The notes beneath the pieces were generated by a model. The model worked only from the letters and a program-made list of their open reading frames with translations, did not search any database and had not been told where the DNA came from. A DNA stretch of 64,000 nucleotides from Owenia fusiformis (taxonomy: Eukaryota). Where the stretch lies: NCBI GenBank assembly GCA_903813345.2, contig CAIIXF020000001.1:9362001-9426000 (forward strand), given 5' to 3'. The translations under genes and the position numbers were made by a program. Position 1 is the first letter of the stretch. Each line of letters begins with the position of its first letter. Positions 1 through 14,262 of the stretch are shown here, one piece after another.

Positions 1-1900
1 ACTGGCCACCATGCAATTTACCCAGCATGGCCAAAACCTAATCAGACCTTGGCACTAGTCTGCTCTTGCATCTGTAAACATTTCAAGTTGACAAGGTTAG
101 CGGTTTTCCTGCAATTTTGATGACAAGAATTTATTTGTAGTCTTGAACTTTGGGAAAATTTAGATAACATTGTTTGTGACCTAATTTGATGACCTTCGAC
201 CTTGAAAATTTCACTTTTTCAGACCTCAGTAGGTGTTTTGTAATTAAGCTGACCTAAATTGAAATCCAAAATATCAATTTAGAAAATCAACTTTTTTGAC
301 CTTTTCAAGGTCACTGAAGGTGAATGAAAGGTCAAATCTGAAATCTAAGGTCAGATTTGAACTTCTGAGAACTTGTAGATGTTTTTAAAAAAAGTTTGGT
401 CAATTTGGAGCAAGTTGAAAAATTCAAAATGGCCGCCAAATTGAAAAATTCAAAATGGCCACCATGTCATTCAGCCAGCATACCCAAAACCTAATCAGAT
501 CTTGGCAATAGTCTGCTCTTGCATCTGTAAAAATTTCAAATTGAACGGATAAGTGGTTTTCCTGGAATTTTGATGACAAGATTTGTTGAAAAATTCAAAA
601 TGGCCGCCACGTAGTTTACCCAGCATGCCCTTAACCTAATCAGATCTTGGCACTAGTCTGCTATTGCATGTGTAAAAATTTCAAGTTGAACAGGTTAGCG
701 GTTTTCTTGGAATTTTGATGACAAGAATTTATTTGTAGTCTCAAACTTTGAGAAACTTGGATAACATCATTTGTGACCTAGTTGAATGACCCTGACCTTC
801 GACCTTGAAAATTTCACTTTTTCAGACATCAGTAGGTCTTTTGTAATTAAGCTGACCTAAATTTAAATCCAAAATATCAATTTAGAAAATCAACTTTTTT
901 GACCTTTTCAAGGTCACTGAAGGTGAATGAAAGGTCAAATCTGTGACCTAGTTTAATGACCTTGACCTTCGACCTTGAAAATTTCACTTTTTCAGACCTC
1001 AGTAGGTGTTTTGTAATTAAGCTGACCTAAATTTAAATCCAAAATATCAATTTAGAAAATCAACTTTTTTGATCTTTTGAAGGTCACTGAAGGTGAAGGA
1101 AAGGTCAAATCTGAAATCTAGGTCAGATTTGAACTTCTGAGAACTTGGTCAATTTGGAGCAAGTTGAAAAATTCAAAATGGCCGCCAAATTGAAAAATTC
1201 AAAATGGCCACCATGTAATTCAGCCAGCATACCCAAAACCTAATCAGATCTTGGCAATAGTCTGCTCTTGCATCTGTAAAAATTTCAAGTTGAACGGATA
1301 AGTGGTTTTCCTGGAATTTTGATGACAAGATTTGTTGAAAAATTCAAAATGGCCGCCACATAGTTTACCCAGCATGCCCTAAACCTAATCAGATCTTGGC
1401 ACTAGTCTGCTATTGCATGTGTAAAAATTTCAAGTTGAACAGGTTAGCGCTTTTCTTGGAATTTTGATGACAAGAATCTATTTGTAGTCTCAAACTTTGC
1501 ACTTGGATAACATCATTTGTGACCTAGTTTAATGACCTTGACCTTCGACCTTGTAAATTTCACCTTTTCAGACCTCAGTAGGTGTTTTGTAAAGCTGACC
1601 TAAATTTAAATCCAAAATATCAATTTAGAAAATAAGTGGTTTTCCTGGAATTTTGGTGACAAGATTTGTTGAAAAATTCAAAATGGCCGCCACATAGTTT
1701 ACCCAGCATGCCCTTAACCTAATCAGATCTTGGTACTAGTCTGCTCTTGCATCTGTAAAAATTTCAAGTTGAACAGGTAAGCAGTTATCCTGGAAATTTG
1801 ATGACAAGATTTGGTTTATGTGCCGCCCGCCCGCCCGCACGCCCGCCCGCCCAACAGCACAAGACGACGACAATATAGCACTTTTTCAAAGTGCGATAAA
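1..1900 (+). mobile_element. HINE/pearl-like (Helentron-associated) element, 5' end outside window, with internal tandem array
   Basis: Tandem ~160-bp and higher-order units rich in CAAAATGGCCGCC, then a (GCCC)n microsatellite at ~1822-1852, then a terminal hairpin GCACTTT-ttc-AAAGTGC followed by A-run. Same architecture as the elements at 11932 and 17752. Confidence 0.7.
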
Positions 1901-2437
1901 AATGTGAAGCACCTGCCAAAAATTAATAGGTAAAAATCTGTGTTGGAATCCTTCAAACCGGCTACGAAAACGGATGCGTTTCGGTAATAAAAGTACAAAT
2001 GTGTGTTTTTTAAACATAGTACAACATGTACAATGGGAGAACTAATACACAGAGGACCATAATTATATTCATTCGCAAACGCTTAGATCTTCTTGAAATA
2101 TATGATGCTGCGCCATTCTGTTACCCATTCTGTTGTCCCACAGTGAAAATGTCACAAGGTAAGTTGGTTGTAATGCAATATATTCGAAGCAATCTGAGTA
2201 GATTAGTTCTGATTTGGTAGTACATGTATTATTTGGACCTACGGATTCCAACATGCATTGAAAGAATGGTATAACTTTTCATACCTTAGTTAGATAATAG
2301 TTGATTTTGTGTATTGTACATTGTGTACTAGACATTTGGATTTGCTTAATTGTTGTAATGGTAATCAGGTTGATCAATAGCCCCACACTGGATGGTGTTA
2401 AAACCGTTGAATGCATATCTAATTTCTCAATCTACTC

Positions 2438-2734
2438 CCCAGATAGCACAAAGACGTCGGGCCAACGTCACTATTGGTGCCCATTGGTTGGCATGGTCGC
2501 AGTTGGCAAATTGTAGTTGGGCCAATGTTGGCCCGTCGTTGGCTGCCGCTAATACCAGGGAGCCAACAATGGCTGTACAAGAAAAGTAAATTGTGTCAAC
2601 GGTGGGCCAACGTTGGTTCTTTGGTGGGTGCCAATGTTGGACCAACGTTGGCTGGCTGGACACGCCAACGTTGGCAGCCACTGTTGGCCCACTGGCCCGC
2701 ATGCTGTTGGACCAACGTCGTTGTGCTATCTGGG
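2438..2734. mobile_element. Non-autonomous CMC/EnSpm-type MITE
   Basis: TIR CCCAGATAGCACA / TGTGCTATCTGGG, 2-bp TSD (TC), interior made of repeated CCAACGTTGG palindromes. Confidence 0.7.
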
Positions 2735-5440
2735 TCAAAGCTTGGGAAGGTGTGTCCGATCCCAACCAATCCGAAGATGCTATTTCACATGACTGTATTC
2801 CATCATATAAACAATAACCAAGTCAAGGTCACTAATTAAACGGTTGTCAAGGCGACAACTGGACTCTACAATTGAAATTGATACTTTGCCAACTTGACCC
2901 TTGCAAAAGGTTTCACTGAAAATATGTTCTTTTAGTGATTTCGTATCTTTTAGATGATTTGTAGAAAAATATTTTGCAATATGTGAAAGAATCTAAGCCC
3001 AAGACCCAATGAATTGTCTAATGACCAATCCTTTCAGGCATTGTTTCCTAAAATTGACACTCGATGCTCAGCACCTGGTGCAAATTTTGGAAGGCAATAC
3101 CTTCAAAGAATGGTCATTCCACATTGCACGAGTCCAGGGCTCAAATTCTTAAAAAATACATGAATATTTTACATACAAAATGTTTGTATATTTTGGATTA
3201 CTTGTAGTTTAGCTAACAAATTTGTGACCGTTTGTATTTTGATGCTTTTGACATGCCATTTTCGAAAAAATCTCAAGAGGCCCCAGGTTGTCTGTGCATA
3301 AAACTAATTTATCTGTATTCTTATTTTTCAGCTTTAGTACTAGTAGAGTTACAATTTCACGACCTTGCACTGTATAAGTGAATCAGAAAACTACTTTTTG
3401 AAGAAAGATGTAAGTAAAACAGCTTCTCAGGCCTCTATACCATCAAATTCACTGAGAGATACAGTGCTTAAAGCAACAGGACTCATTAGGATTTACTAAT
3501 GTAAAACGTTGCATTCACATGACAAAATTCAGCACAAAACTAACTAAAATTTGTTTAATCTGAATACTTGTAGGAGTTAATTGTGATGTTTTTCTATGAA
3601 TAAAACAAAGAATTTAAACTCCTCTCAACTTCAACCTATTTGTCACCATGGAAACAGTCTACAAGATATGATCAAAAATATATTCAAAAAGTTTGAGGCT
3701 ATAACAATATGTCACCACTTCTTTGAAATAATAAAGTTGAGAAGTTTGACTGGAACACCTTTTACTAGAACGAGCTCAAAGATTTCTCATCTGCCAAGAG
3801 TTATAAATTGTTTTTGTGGATATAGAGCTATGGAATAGTTTCATGGTAGAACAGGGGGAGGAAACATATTTTGTAACATGGGGCATATATGGTTCATACA
3901 GATTACACATGCATTGTGGATGTAAAAAAGTAAGACTAATCAATTATCTGCAGATATCAGAATCTCATTTATTTCTGTTTGAGCTATCAACATGATCATC
4001 TTTGTCCAAGAGCTGCTTTTACAAATTTATTTGCTCATTATCACCATCAGCAAATATGTTGACTTTTGATATATTAAAGTATGATGGCCAAATTATGTCA
4101 AATATTGATATATGTATTTATTGTATTATGTACACTAGACTACGACTACATAGAGATAGTAAATAGATGAAGGGAGTTGTATCTTCCACTAGCAGAATTT
4201 TGCTGGCTATCTTATTGATATTACCACACCAACTATCTGCTTTGGTTTGCACATTATCACTTTGACAAAATCAACAAAACATACATAAATTTCCTTCTCC
4301 TTTTTGTATATTAATCTTACAGCAAGCTTTCTGATGGTGCTTCAATTTACAACCTTTTATTTATATAAACTTGAATGTTTTTTAAAAGCAAGTTGAGAGT
4401 GAATGCCCTGCAATTGAATAGATGTATAGCAATTCACCAACCTAAGATGTTGTTAGAACAATTATGAGTTCCACATCTACAGGTGTAAAGTGAATTGTCA
4501 CTGCATTATAATGGTTAAGTAACAATTCAGGGCCAATCAATCTTTCCTTGCAATCACATAACGAATGCACCATTTTTGATAAGCATATCACCTCTAAGGT
4601 TATTTATCTTTAGCCTGGCCAGATTTCTGGGAGATCTGCATAGGCACATTGAATGATATAAACAGAGGACTAGACAATATAGTACAACTGAAGACTAAGT
4701 CTATAACCCACCAGATCAACCCCATCAGTGAATAAGATGCACTTTTATAAAGCTAGTCTGAATTAATTTCACTTTTGAACAGGGGTGACTGGTGACTGGT
4801 TAAGGTGGTGCAGAAATTATGTACATATAAACTCAACGAAAACCTGGCCAGGCTAGGTACTCTGTGCAGCGGAACTATATGAACAGGACATTACGATGTA
4901 GTTAAATTAGCATTTATACAAATACATCAGTACAATTTGAATAATTCTCGAAATAACTAGATTTATACAATTATAGTCTACAGCTATTGCGCATATGAGG
5001 AATAAATACTGTATGATCATAGTAGAATAAAACTGGAAAATAAATGAACAATTCACCTTTATATTTCTATGAACATGAAATGGCACATTCTCTTAAGAAA
5101 AGTGAACAAAAAATGAAAATGAATTTGGCAATTTCATGATGGGCGGTTTAATAGTTAATACAGATCTTTAGTGGTCAATATTCAGTTTCTCATTACATAG
5201 ATCAAGCATTTTACATGAAATTTGCACATTTCCCACCTTGTAGGTTCCAATGATATGTCGATCCTCATGTGTATGGGAGAAATAGTCCAGGGATGATGAT
5301 ATATAGCTAGAGGGTAGTCCATTTAAATGTGGAATGTCTGACTGCGCTCTGGTTGTCAAGTGCTCATAAAACAGCCCATACAGATAAGAAATTCACCTTC
5401 TCTTAGAATTAACTCACAACTGGTGGTGTCCTTGGTGGAT

Positions 5441-5500
5441 TTATTTTGCAATCTTGCAGTCAATAATAGTTTCTGAATCCATAGCCTGAAGAACTGTCGC
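5441..5500 (-). CDS. EIF5A: eIF5A last coding exon (ATVLQAMDSETIIDCKIAK*)
   Basis: tttattccAG acceptor, phase 0, in-frame TAA at 5443-5441; matches the eIF5A C-terminal VTVLxAM motif. Confidence 0.85.
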   Translation of the reverse strand, partial: ATVLQAMDSETIIDCKIAK

Positions 5501-5893
5501 CTGGAATAAATTGAAACTAGATAAACACAACCATCGAACATTTTGTTAAGCGTTAGACAAAATTTCCTCTCAAAATGGTTGCTATACACCTAACACACTC
5601 TGAAAAATGTTGACACTCGAGGCATTTTTGAGTTACTAGTATCCTTACAAAAAAAGTTTCCCAAGTTTTAGCAACCTTTATGACACATGCATTTCTCTTT
5701 TTCTTTTGTGCTATCATATATTCCTTCATAGGGGGCGATAAGTACAGTTTATTAAATACAATTAAACAACTTTTGGGTTTGTGGATCAGATCTCAATCCA
5801 GCTAATGTATTGCAGTCTTACATATATACCCAGCTGATGACACACTTGACGCCAACAAAAAAATTTACATAATTTTCCAGGGATTTAATAATT

Positions 5894-8800
5894 CACTGGG
5901 GGGTATCGTGATGCAACAACACCGTGTTGTTGCATCAAGATGGCCAGACTTCCGGTGATAGATTTTCGTACGATGTTTTGTTTTCCTAATTTAAACCCAT
6001 TTCTAGGACGAGTTGCTCAATAATCACACACATGCAGTAAGCGCATGATCTATATTTTAAAAAACTGTCATTGGTACACATGTAGCATCATCAAGAAGCG
6101 ATAAATTCGTGGTTTTAATTCCTCACTATTGATGCAACAACACCACTCTGTTTCTTATCGATGATGCAACAACACCAATGTGCTGATGCAAAAACGCCAA
6201 TATAATGTATCATTGAACAACAAGAGAAACTGTTTTATGTTCTGTTTACGGTAGGTCGGGACATGAATAAAACGCGTGAGTCAGTGGTCCATGAACGAAA
6301 CGTATTTTGTTTGGTTTCTTAACGTATTTGTCTATATCAAATTTAAAAGGTTATACAAGGCAAACTAAATAAAGTACTGAATCCCCGGGAGGCAATCTCA
6401 TTGATATTGTATCTGAAAAATAAAGATTATACATTTTCTAAATTAAATCCCCTTGATTTACCGTATGGAAATTGTTTACAAATAACTAATATAATTTTGG
6501 AAAGACAACAGATATCAGTCATTTTGAGTTGTTAGTACCTCAATTGAAATACTCATTTCTGATTGGTTTATGAGCGGTCAACAATATGTATTGTTAGTAC
6601 CTCAATTGAAATACTCAATTCTGATTGGTTGATGAGCAGTCAACAAAATGTATTGTTAGTACCTCAACTGAAATGCTCGATTCTGATTGGTTGAAATGCG
6701 GTCAAAATTATGTACTGTTGACCGCTACTAGGTACTGTTGACCGCTACTTCTGAAAAAGAAGTTTCATGACGTCACAAATAACATGGAAGACGGACATTT
6801 TGTAAACGTTGATGAAAATGACTTTACTAGGCGACAAGTATAGCAAAAATACAAATAGAAACTTAAAATTAACATTAATTCACTAACGAGTACGCCGTGA
6901 TGTGCCAAATACAGAGTTAAAGGAATATTCCTTGCCAGACCCTTTCTCTCTTGATATGGTAGCTATAATCATATATTATATAGTTTCCATATTTAGCAAA
7001 ACATGGGAAAATGTTTTAATATGGTCAATATTGATCATTTAAAAATCTAGTGCTTATTTCCAGTGAGCTGCCATCTTTTAGGATTTCTTGCAGGAAGTGA
7101 TGTCATCAACTCTCAACTTCTATAACCTTGCCCATGACAGTATAGGAAAGTAGCACAAAATCACTTCTAGACAAGTGATCATTACTTTCTGTGCAAAAAT
7201 ATTTTCAGGGCTTGTCAACTTAGAATAAAAGAAGAGATTTTCAGAAGGATTAAGTAAGATACAAAGTTGAAAAAGAATATTTAGCTGAATTTGTAATTCT
7301 TAATAGCTCCTCACCTAATGCTATATTCAAAGTTGAGAGTCGATGACATCACTTCCTGTGTGAAATTTTAAAGAATGGCAGCTTACCGGAATTGAGCATC
7401 ACATTTCTAAGTGATCAAATTTGACCATATCAAAGCATTTTTGCGTGTTTTGCTAAACATGGCAAGCATATATATGGTTATAGCTACCATATGAGGAGAG
7501 AGATGGTTTGGCAAGGAATATTCCTTTAAGCTACTTGCACTGTCTCCAGATTTGACCTCTGTCAACAGTAGTTTTTCAGTTTACAGTCTCGGTATACAAT
7601 TTTGCCGGTTGTAAACTGTTGACCACTACTAGGTACTGTTTACCGCTATATTTGAAAAATTGTTTTTTTTATGTTGACATTTTTTTAATTTTGAAAAAAT
7701 AAGTTGTGTAAAAAATTACAAGTATTCGACGGTTTGGGGATTTTTTGCTAAAATATGATACCTTTATATGTATGTTCACGTGATATTCGATCTTATATTC
7801 GTCCAATTATTATATTATTTGTACTAACAGAACAATTGTTAACCTCTCTTTTCGGTCAACTGGCAAAAGTATCTTCGACCTCTGGTCTTGATCAACAGTG
7901 CTTTCAAGGTTTACAGTATCGATATACAATTTTGCCAGTTGACCTTAAGAGAGGTCTACAATTGTATATTATAGCCTTCAAATTATTATATTCTTCGGAC
8001 TAACAAACAATTGTTAACCTCTCTATTCGGTCAACCAGCCAAAGTGTATACCTCAACAGTAAACCCTGAGAGTACTGTTGACCTCGACCTCCGAACTTTC
8101 AAGGATTACAGTATCGGTATACAATTTTGCCAGTTGACTTCAAGAGAGGTCTACAATTGTATATTGTATATCCTTTGTTATCCCACCCAAAGTATGATGC
8201 CATATATCAAGTTGAAGAGTTGTATACGCTGCTCAGGGGTTTACGCTATCCAGGAGTTGTACATTCAGGGATTCAATATTGGTTTTATTCCGAGAGACAA
8301 TATGATATTTCCCGAGGGCCCGGGATATCTGGGATAACTGTACCCCTATCAATTTACCTGTTTGGGCCCTTAATCTTATCACTTTTGTTTACCTTTTTAC
8401 TCAGTCGGAGAGAAGGAATCCAAAGAGAGCAATAATGTGCGTCGTGCAAGATTTTCATTAAACGTGTAACTAAACGGCCTCTAATAAAGTCAATTAGACG
8501 TTTTTACACGTTGGCTCTCCAAATTGGAGGAAATAAAAATCATATCATATTATATCATAGATGAAGCAATCACCCCATCAACATAAGCTCACGAATGTCA
8601 CAGTTAAACTGTTTTAGTTATATTTTGATAAACAGTGGTAACGTACATCTACTAGTTTATCACTGTTCCACAGATGGATGACAGATAATTTCCAATAGCT
8701 CATCATGTTTACCGAGAACGAAAAATGTTTGTCAACCATGTTGAATGATACTAACTGGAGTCAGGGTCATCAAGCTATGGAACAGTGGTTTATGAAAATA

Positions 8801-9350
8801 GATTGGGTTACTAAAGCTTGCCATGTTAAAGGCGATTGAACTATGTTATAGAACAACGTCCAGTACATTATAATATTTAAAAGTATAAATTTTTTAAAAT
8901 ACATATAAAGGATCTTCGCCCGCAGGACGTGTATTTTGAATGCCTTGAGAAGAACGCAAATATGGGTAACGGTGTTGCAATAGTAGCATTTAAAAATCCG
9001 TTCCTCTCGAGATTTATGGCCTGATTTATGGTCTTCTGAAATTATACTATTAATTGGTGATGCTGCATCATTGCTCAGAGTGTTGTTGCATCTTCGGTTT
9101 GGTGTTGTTGCATCAATAGTGAGGAACTAAAACCGTTAACTTATTGCTTCTTGGTGATGCTACATGTATACTAATGACAGTTTCTTCAAATATACATCGT
9201 GTGCTAACTGCACGTATAGGTTATTGAGCAACTCGTCCTCGAAATGGGCTTAAATTGGGGAAACAAAATATCGTACGAAAATCTATCACCAGAAGTCTGG
9301 CCATCTTGATGCAACAACACGGTGTTGTTGCATCACAATACCCCCCAGTG
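5894..9350. mobile_element. Non-autonomous TIR DNA transposon (CACTG termini, 6-bp TSD) with nested inserts, inside an eIF5A intron
   Basis: Long imperfect TIRs beginning CACTGGGGGGTATCGTGATGCAACAACAC / ...CCCCCCAGTG; ATAATT on both sides (5888-5893, 9351-9356). Confidence 0.75.
6921..7525. mobile_element. Kolobok-type foldback MITE
   Basis: TTAA TSD on both sides, AGGAATATTCCTTGCCA termini, long imperfect inverted arms. Confidence 0.75.
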
Positions 9351-9613
9351 ATAATTGATGTAAACAGAGCTAAACTCTTTGGAACAATAACTGCATCCTG
9401 CATATCAGAATATGGTTAATTATCAGACTGATCTTTTGCATTGGTCCCTCACAATCATTGGTCACCATTTAACTGAATGTTCTTATCATGGGAAATCTTG
9501 GAGCATAAATCAGTCAACAAACAAATTGAAACTGCAGCGAAGATTCATCATCAGTCATCTCTTGATCACATATGTTTACATTATTTCAGTATACTAGTAA
9601 ACAATTAACTCAC

Positions 9614-9766
9614 CATCACCATTTCCTCGCTACCCTCGGATGCCTTTTCAAAAAAACCCCTAAGTTTGTCTCCAATCTCTCCAGCAGGAACAAACAGGTC
9701 TTCTTTTAAGTTTCCAGCATCATCCATTAATTGGACAGAATTATCCGAATCATCAATGTCAACAAC
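9614..9766 (-). CDS. EIF5A: eIF5A coding exon 3 (VVDIDDSDNSVQLMDDAGNLKEDLFVPAGEIGDKLRGFFEKASEGSEEMVM)
   Basis: ttttAG acceptor, GTGAGT donor, 153 nt phase 0; LMDDxGxxKEDL motif of the eIF5A OB-fold. Confidence 0.9.
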
Positions 9767-10430
9767 CTAAAATATATAAACAGATGCTTTGTGAACATGT
9801 AGCATCTTCTAATAAATAATAATAATGAAGGACCCCCAACCTGTTCTCTTGGCATGGCACAATTGCTAGATGCATTGGTATAATTCCTAGAAATGACGTT
9901 TTATTTGGTTCATATATATTGATCATTTATTTTTATCCCAATGAACAAAGTTCAGTAGGAATATAGTGAAGCCCTCTATCTCATATTCAATATGACCTCT
10001 GCTTCAAAAAAGATCTACTTCAGTCTATAAGTCTCATGCATCATACAACATCTATAAGAAGTATTATATACATCGATTATATACAGTTCGACTTAATTTG
10101 GCAAAATTGGTGAAGATTTAATATGGCAAACTTAGTTGCCCAAGGATAAATATCTGTAAAATTGGCAAATTAGAGTGAGCCAGAGTTCCGAATTAATGGT
10201 GTTCATTAAAATAAGCAAGGTGGATAAAAATTGAATATGATCAACCAAACAGCGTTCACTCTTTTATCCAAAACAGAGCTGACAAACTGTAGTAGTAATC
10301 TAAAACTTCACACTGTTCAAATATAACTAGACATCGGCAACTCAGAAGTGTAGCAAATGTAACCATTATTTTAAATTCCTGCTCTAGGCAGCCACTTTAT
10401 CTGAGGCACAAGCCGAAAAACAATATCATA

Positions 10431-10865
10431 CAGGGTGTCCAAAAAAACAGAACCGTAAGAAAGTTGAATAATTCGGTTGTGAAAGTTTCATGATAATCTG
10501 TTGATTGTGTCAAAAACTACAGTTCCTTACAAAACATGCTCAAAATGGGCACTTCTTCTCTCTTTGCACAAATGAATCCTGCGAACAAAGTTGTTAATGA
10601 CCCTGACCTACACACATGAATGTGGATGGTACAAATTGGGGTAGTTATTGCCCTCTTAAGATTGTTAGGGGCCTGTCAGTATACATATTGGCTTTGAGAA
10701 ATCCCCAAAGATAAAAATCTGAGAGATTTAGATCTGGCAAATAAGCTGCCCATATGTTTTGAGTTCTGTGACAGAGGAGCTGATCACCAAAGCATTGCTT
10801 AAACCATTTCAGCGTATCATTTGAAGTGTTGGGGTGGTATTCAGGCCTCAAAATTAGCATTACTA
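10431..10865 (-). mobile_element. Tc1/mariner transposase remnant
   Basis: TA-CAGGGTGTCC terminus; minus-strand peptide PDLNLSDFYLWGFLK resembles the SPDLxPxDfxLWGxLK motif; truncated. Confidence 0.7.
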
Positions 10866-10982
10866 AGGTAGTGATTTGCTACCTGATTTCCCAAAAACAC
10901 TACTTGTCATTTCCTCCAACTAGCTAACTTCACTAGTTCCTCAACTAACAACTCTCTATGTGAAAATATACAGATTTTTGAT

Positions 10983-13900
10983 GGGTTTTCAGAAAAGACC
11001 GTCCCCACCGACCGGTCGGTGTTTTCCATAGGTAGCCTCAAAACAGGGTTTGAAAAAATATGTAAAAGACCGACCACTATGTAAAAGACCGACCAAAAGA
11101 AAAAAGTCTGCCTTGACACTGACCAATTTTACAGGAAAACAATATTCCTGTTTCTTTCCGTACGTAGGCCTATGTCTGTTCGCCGTATCCGGGCATTAAC
11201 TCCAATACCGTTGTCCCAATATTGGCTACAACAAGGCCCCCAGAAGAGAAAAATTCTAAATTGTTAATCACATTCCCAGTCCGGGCAAGTCCATGAAGTT
11301 CGTAAAGTTGTAGCTACGTTCATCCAGTTCAGGCACAGTTTAAAACCAGTTCGGCAACGTTTTAAAGAACGCAGTGACAACTTGTTTGGTGTGATAGCTA
11401 TATTTGTTAATTAAGCTGCAAACGGAACCGGTTGGTGTACTCACGACCTGAATTTACGCCTGACTGCACAACGCCGTAATACGTTTCTAGTAGGATTGAA
11501 GTTCGCCGTGTGTCCAGATCGTTCTGCGTTCTTTAAAAACGTGGTCACTCGTTCTGATTACTAAGTTCTGGATGACCTACTCGTTTGGGTAGTTTGATAA
11601 TGGAGAGGTTAAGCAATGCATATAAACGTATGTACGCAACTTGTACGTATAAATCGTCCTATACAAATGCATGTAGTTTTCTCACATAAACAATCGTTCA
11701 GTTACAGTGTTTACTTAGTCCGTTACTTAGGCTACACATCCTCTTGTAATACGTCATTGATAGTTATATAGCTGGTTTTCTATGATACATACTTTAACAA
11801 GCTCGTGTCGTAAGATATTTAAAGCTAAAACATGTATGACATTCATTTTCTTCAGAAAGCATTTAAGCCAAGCTATTTTGGCCTAAAAGCATGTTCGAAG
11901 TTATCTTGCGCCAGAAGCAATTAAAAAGATTAACAAGAACACAAATGTGTACAAAATGTCCCCACCAAGTGGTGATCCCGTGAAATGGTTATCCTGAAAA
12001 TGAGTAGACAAGACTTTACCAACACAATTTGAGGACGGAAAATCCAAAGTGGCCACCTTAAAATTTACCCAGAATGCCAAAAATTTAGTCAGTTCTAGAT
12101 TTTCATACTAAGAACCACCCCTGAAAATTTGAAATTGATCCGTCACACAGTTAACCAGAAAACATGTAAACAAGACTTTACAGACAAGATTTCAGGATGG
12201 AAAATCCAAAATGGCTGCCTTGACATTTACCCAGAATGTCAAAAAACTAATCTGTTTGTAGATTTTCATACTAAGAATCATCCCTGAAAATATGAAATTG
12301 ATCTACCAAACGGTTCACCTGAAAACGGGTAGACAAGACTTTACAGACAAGATTTTAGGACAGAAAATCCAAAATGGCTGCCTTAACATTTACGCAGAAT
12401 GCAAAAAAAGTAATCAGATGTAGATTTTCATACAAAGAATCATCCCTGAAAATTTGAAATTGATCTATCAAACCGTTCTCCTAAAACGCGTAGACAAGAC
12501 TTTACAGGCAAGATTTTAAGACGGAAAATCCAAAATGGCTGCCTTGACATTTACCCAGAATGCAAAAAAACTAATCAGTTCTAGATTTTCATACTAAGAA
12601 TCATTCCTGAAAATTTGAAATTGATCTACGAAACGGTTCACCTGAAAACGAGTAGACAAGACTTTACAGACAAGATTTTAGGACGGAAAATCCAAAATGG
12701 CTGCCTTGACATTTACCCAGAATGCCAAAAAACTAATGAGATCTAGATTTTTATACTAAGAATCATCCCTGAAAATTTGAAATTGATCCACCAAACGGTT
12801 CACCTGAAAACGCGCAGACAAGACTTCACAGACAAGATTTTAGGACCGAAAAATCCAAAATGGCCGACAATAAAAAAGTCCTTATGAGTTTTTGCTGATT
12901 TCTTTTTACAAAATTATCACATATAACTACTGTTAACAATAAAGTAGGCTTTTACAGCAAAGTACATCTGAAATTATTTATAAAGCTACTAAATAGTTAA
13001 AGTATGAAAACTCAAAAACACCATTCAATATGATACAAAGTATTATCGCGCGCTAACTTTTCTTAAGACATTCAAAATGGCTGACATGACTGAGCTAGCA
13101 GGTCCAAAACCTAATCAGATCTAGAATGAAGTGAGCTGAACAAGATGTTAAAGTTTTAAAAGCAACTGTGAAGCAGTTTTTCTTAAAGTTTGCAGACAAG
13201 GATTTTAGCATTTGACTTCAAAATGGCCGACAGGAAGTAGGTATCGAGTTAATTTTTTTTCATCCACATCTGTATGCACTCATAAGTTATCCCTGAAAAT
13301 TTGAAGGTGATATCTGTAGCGGTTTTGGAGAAAACTGCCGGACGTACGGACAGACAGACGGACGCGCCTAGGCCGACAATATGGCCCCACACTATGTGGT
13401 GGGGACATAATAAAAAGGTATCAACTTTCATCTGGCTAGATTCTCTAACACAGTGGTGTGACCTTACATGACACTGTGCATCGAAATCAAAATTGCCAGC
13501 ATAGTACCCAATAAACATGAGTATAATGATTCCCGTTGACACCAACGTAAAATTGAAAATCTCCCGTTGTAAACAGGAAAATAAAGCTGATCTGATATCT
13601 GAAGTAGACTAAGTATCGCTTGATTTTTATGGGTGCGATATACATTACTGTATATATTCATTGACTTTGCGTTCACGGTTACGTTGCGAAAAACATCGCT
13701 AGCTTAACCTCTCCAAAGTTTAAACGGACCCTAGACGGTTCTTAGTACGTCAAATCCGTTCGTGCACAGTTAAAGTCCGTTTTCGAGAACGTAGAGGAGT
13801 CCCACTTATTTGTTTATAAGATTTCAAGATTTTAACTGCAGGAATTTCAGGTGAAATAACGTCCATTCAGAGTTTATTTTTGCTAAACAGCTAAATGTAG

Positions 13901-14262
13901 GTCCGTGATCGTTGGAAACGTATCTGCAATAAACGATCAACCTAAAGAATACACTTATCTGCTTATAAGAAAGATTAATTACGTGTAGTTGATGTTGCTC
14001 AGGATCAAATTGTACGCTTTGATTTCATATTTTCATGGACCAGATATATTGAAATAGTTTTCCAATTTATGTGTAATCACAAACCATTTTTATATTCATA
14101 TTGGTTTCTAAATGAGGGGATACGATTCAGGAACATGTGGAATCTATTTCCAGACACTTTTATGCTTTCTACACCTTCTACGTCGACCAAGCACCGACCT
14201 CTCATCTCATGGACCCAACTGTGGAGAGTGACTGGTCGGTGGTCGGTCTTTTCCGAGAACCC
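10983..14262. mobile_element. MULE-like non-autonomous element (9-bp TSD) hosting nested elements
   Basis: Termini GGGTTTTCAGAAAAGACCG / CGGTCTTTTCCGAGAACCC; ATTTTTGAT on both sides (10974-10982, 14263-14271). Confidence 0.65.
11932..13411 (+). mobile_element. HINE/pearl-like element with ~162-bp tandem array (~5.5 copies)
   Basis: Starts AACAAG; subterminal IR ATGTCCCCACC / GGTGGGGACAT; GACG/GACA microsatellite ~13340-13365; 3' hairpin CCCCAC...GTGGGG. Confidence 0.8.

Noticed and set aside
2392-2839. Cluster of overlapping ORFs on both strands
   Set aside because: By-product of a GC-rich palindromic MITE; no recognisable protein motifs.
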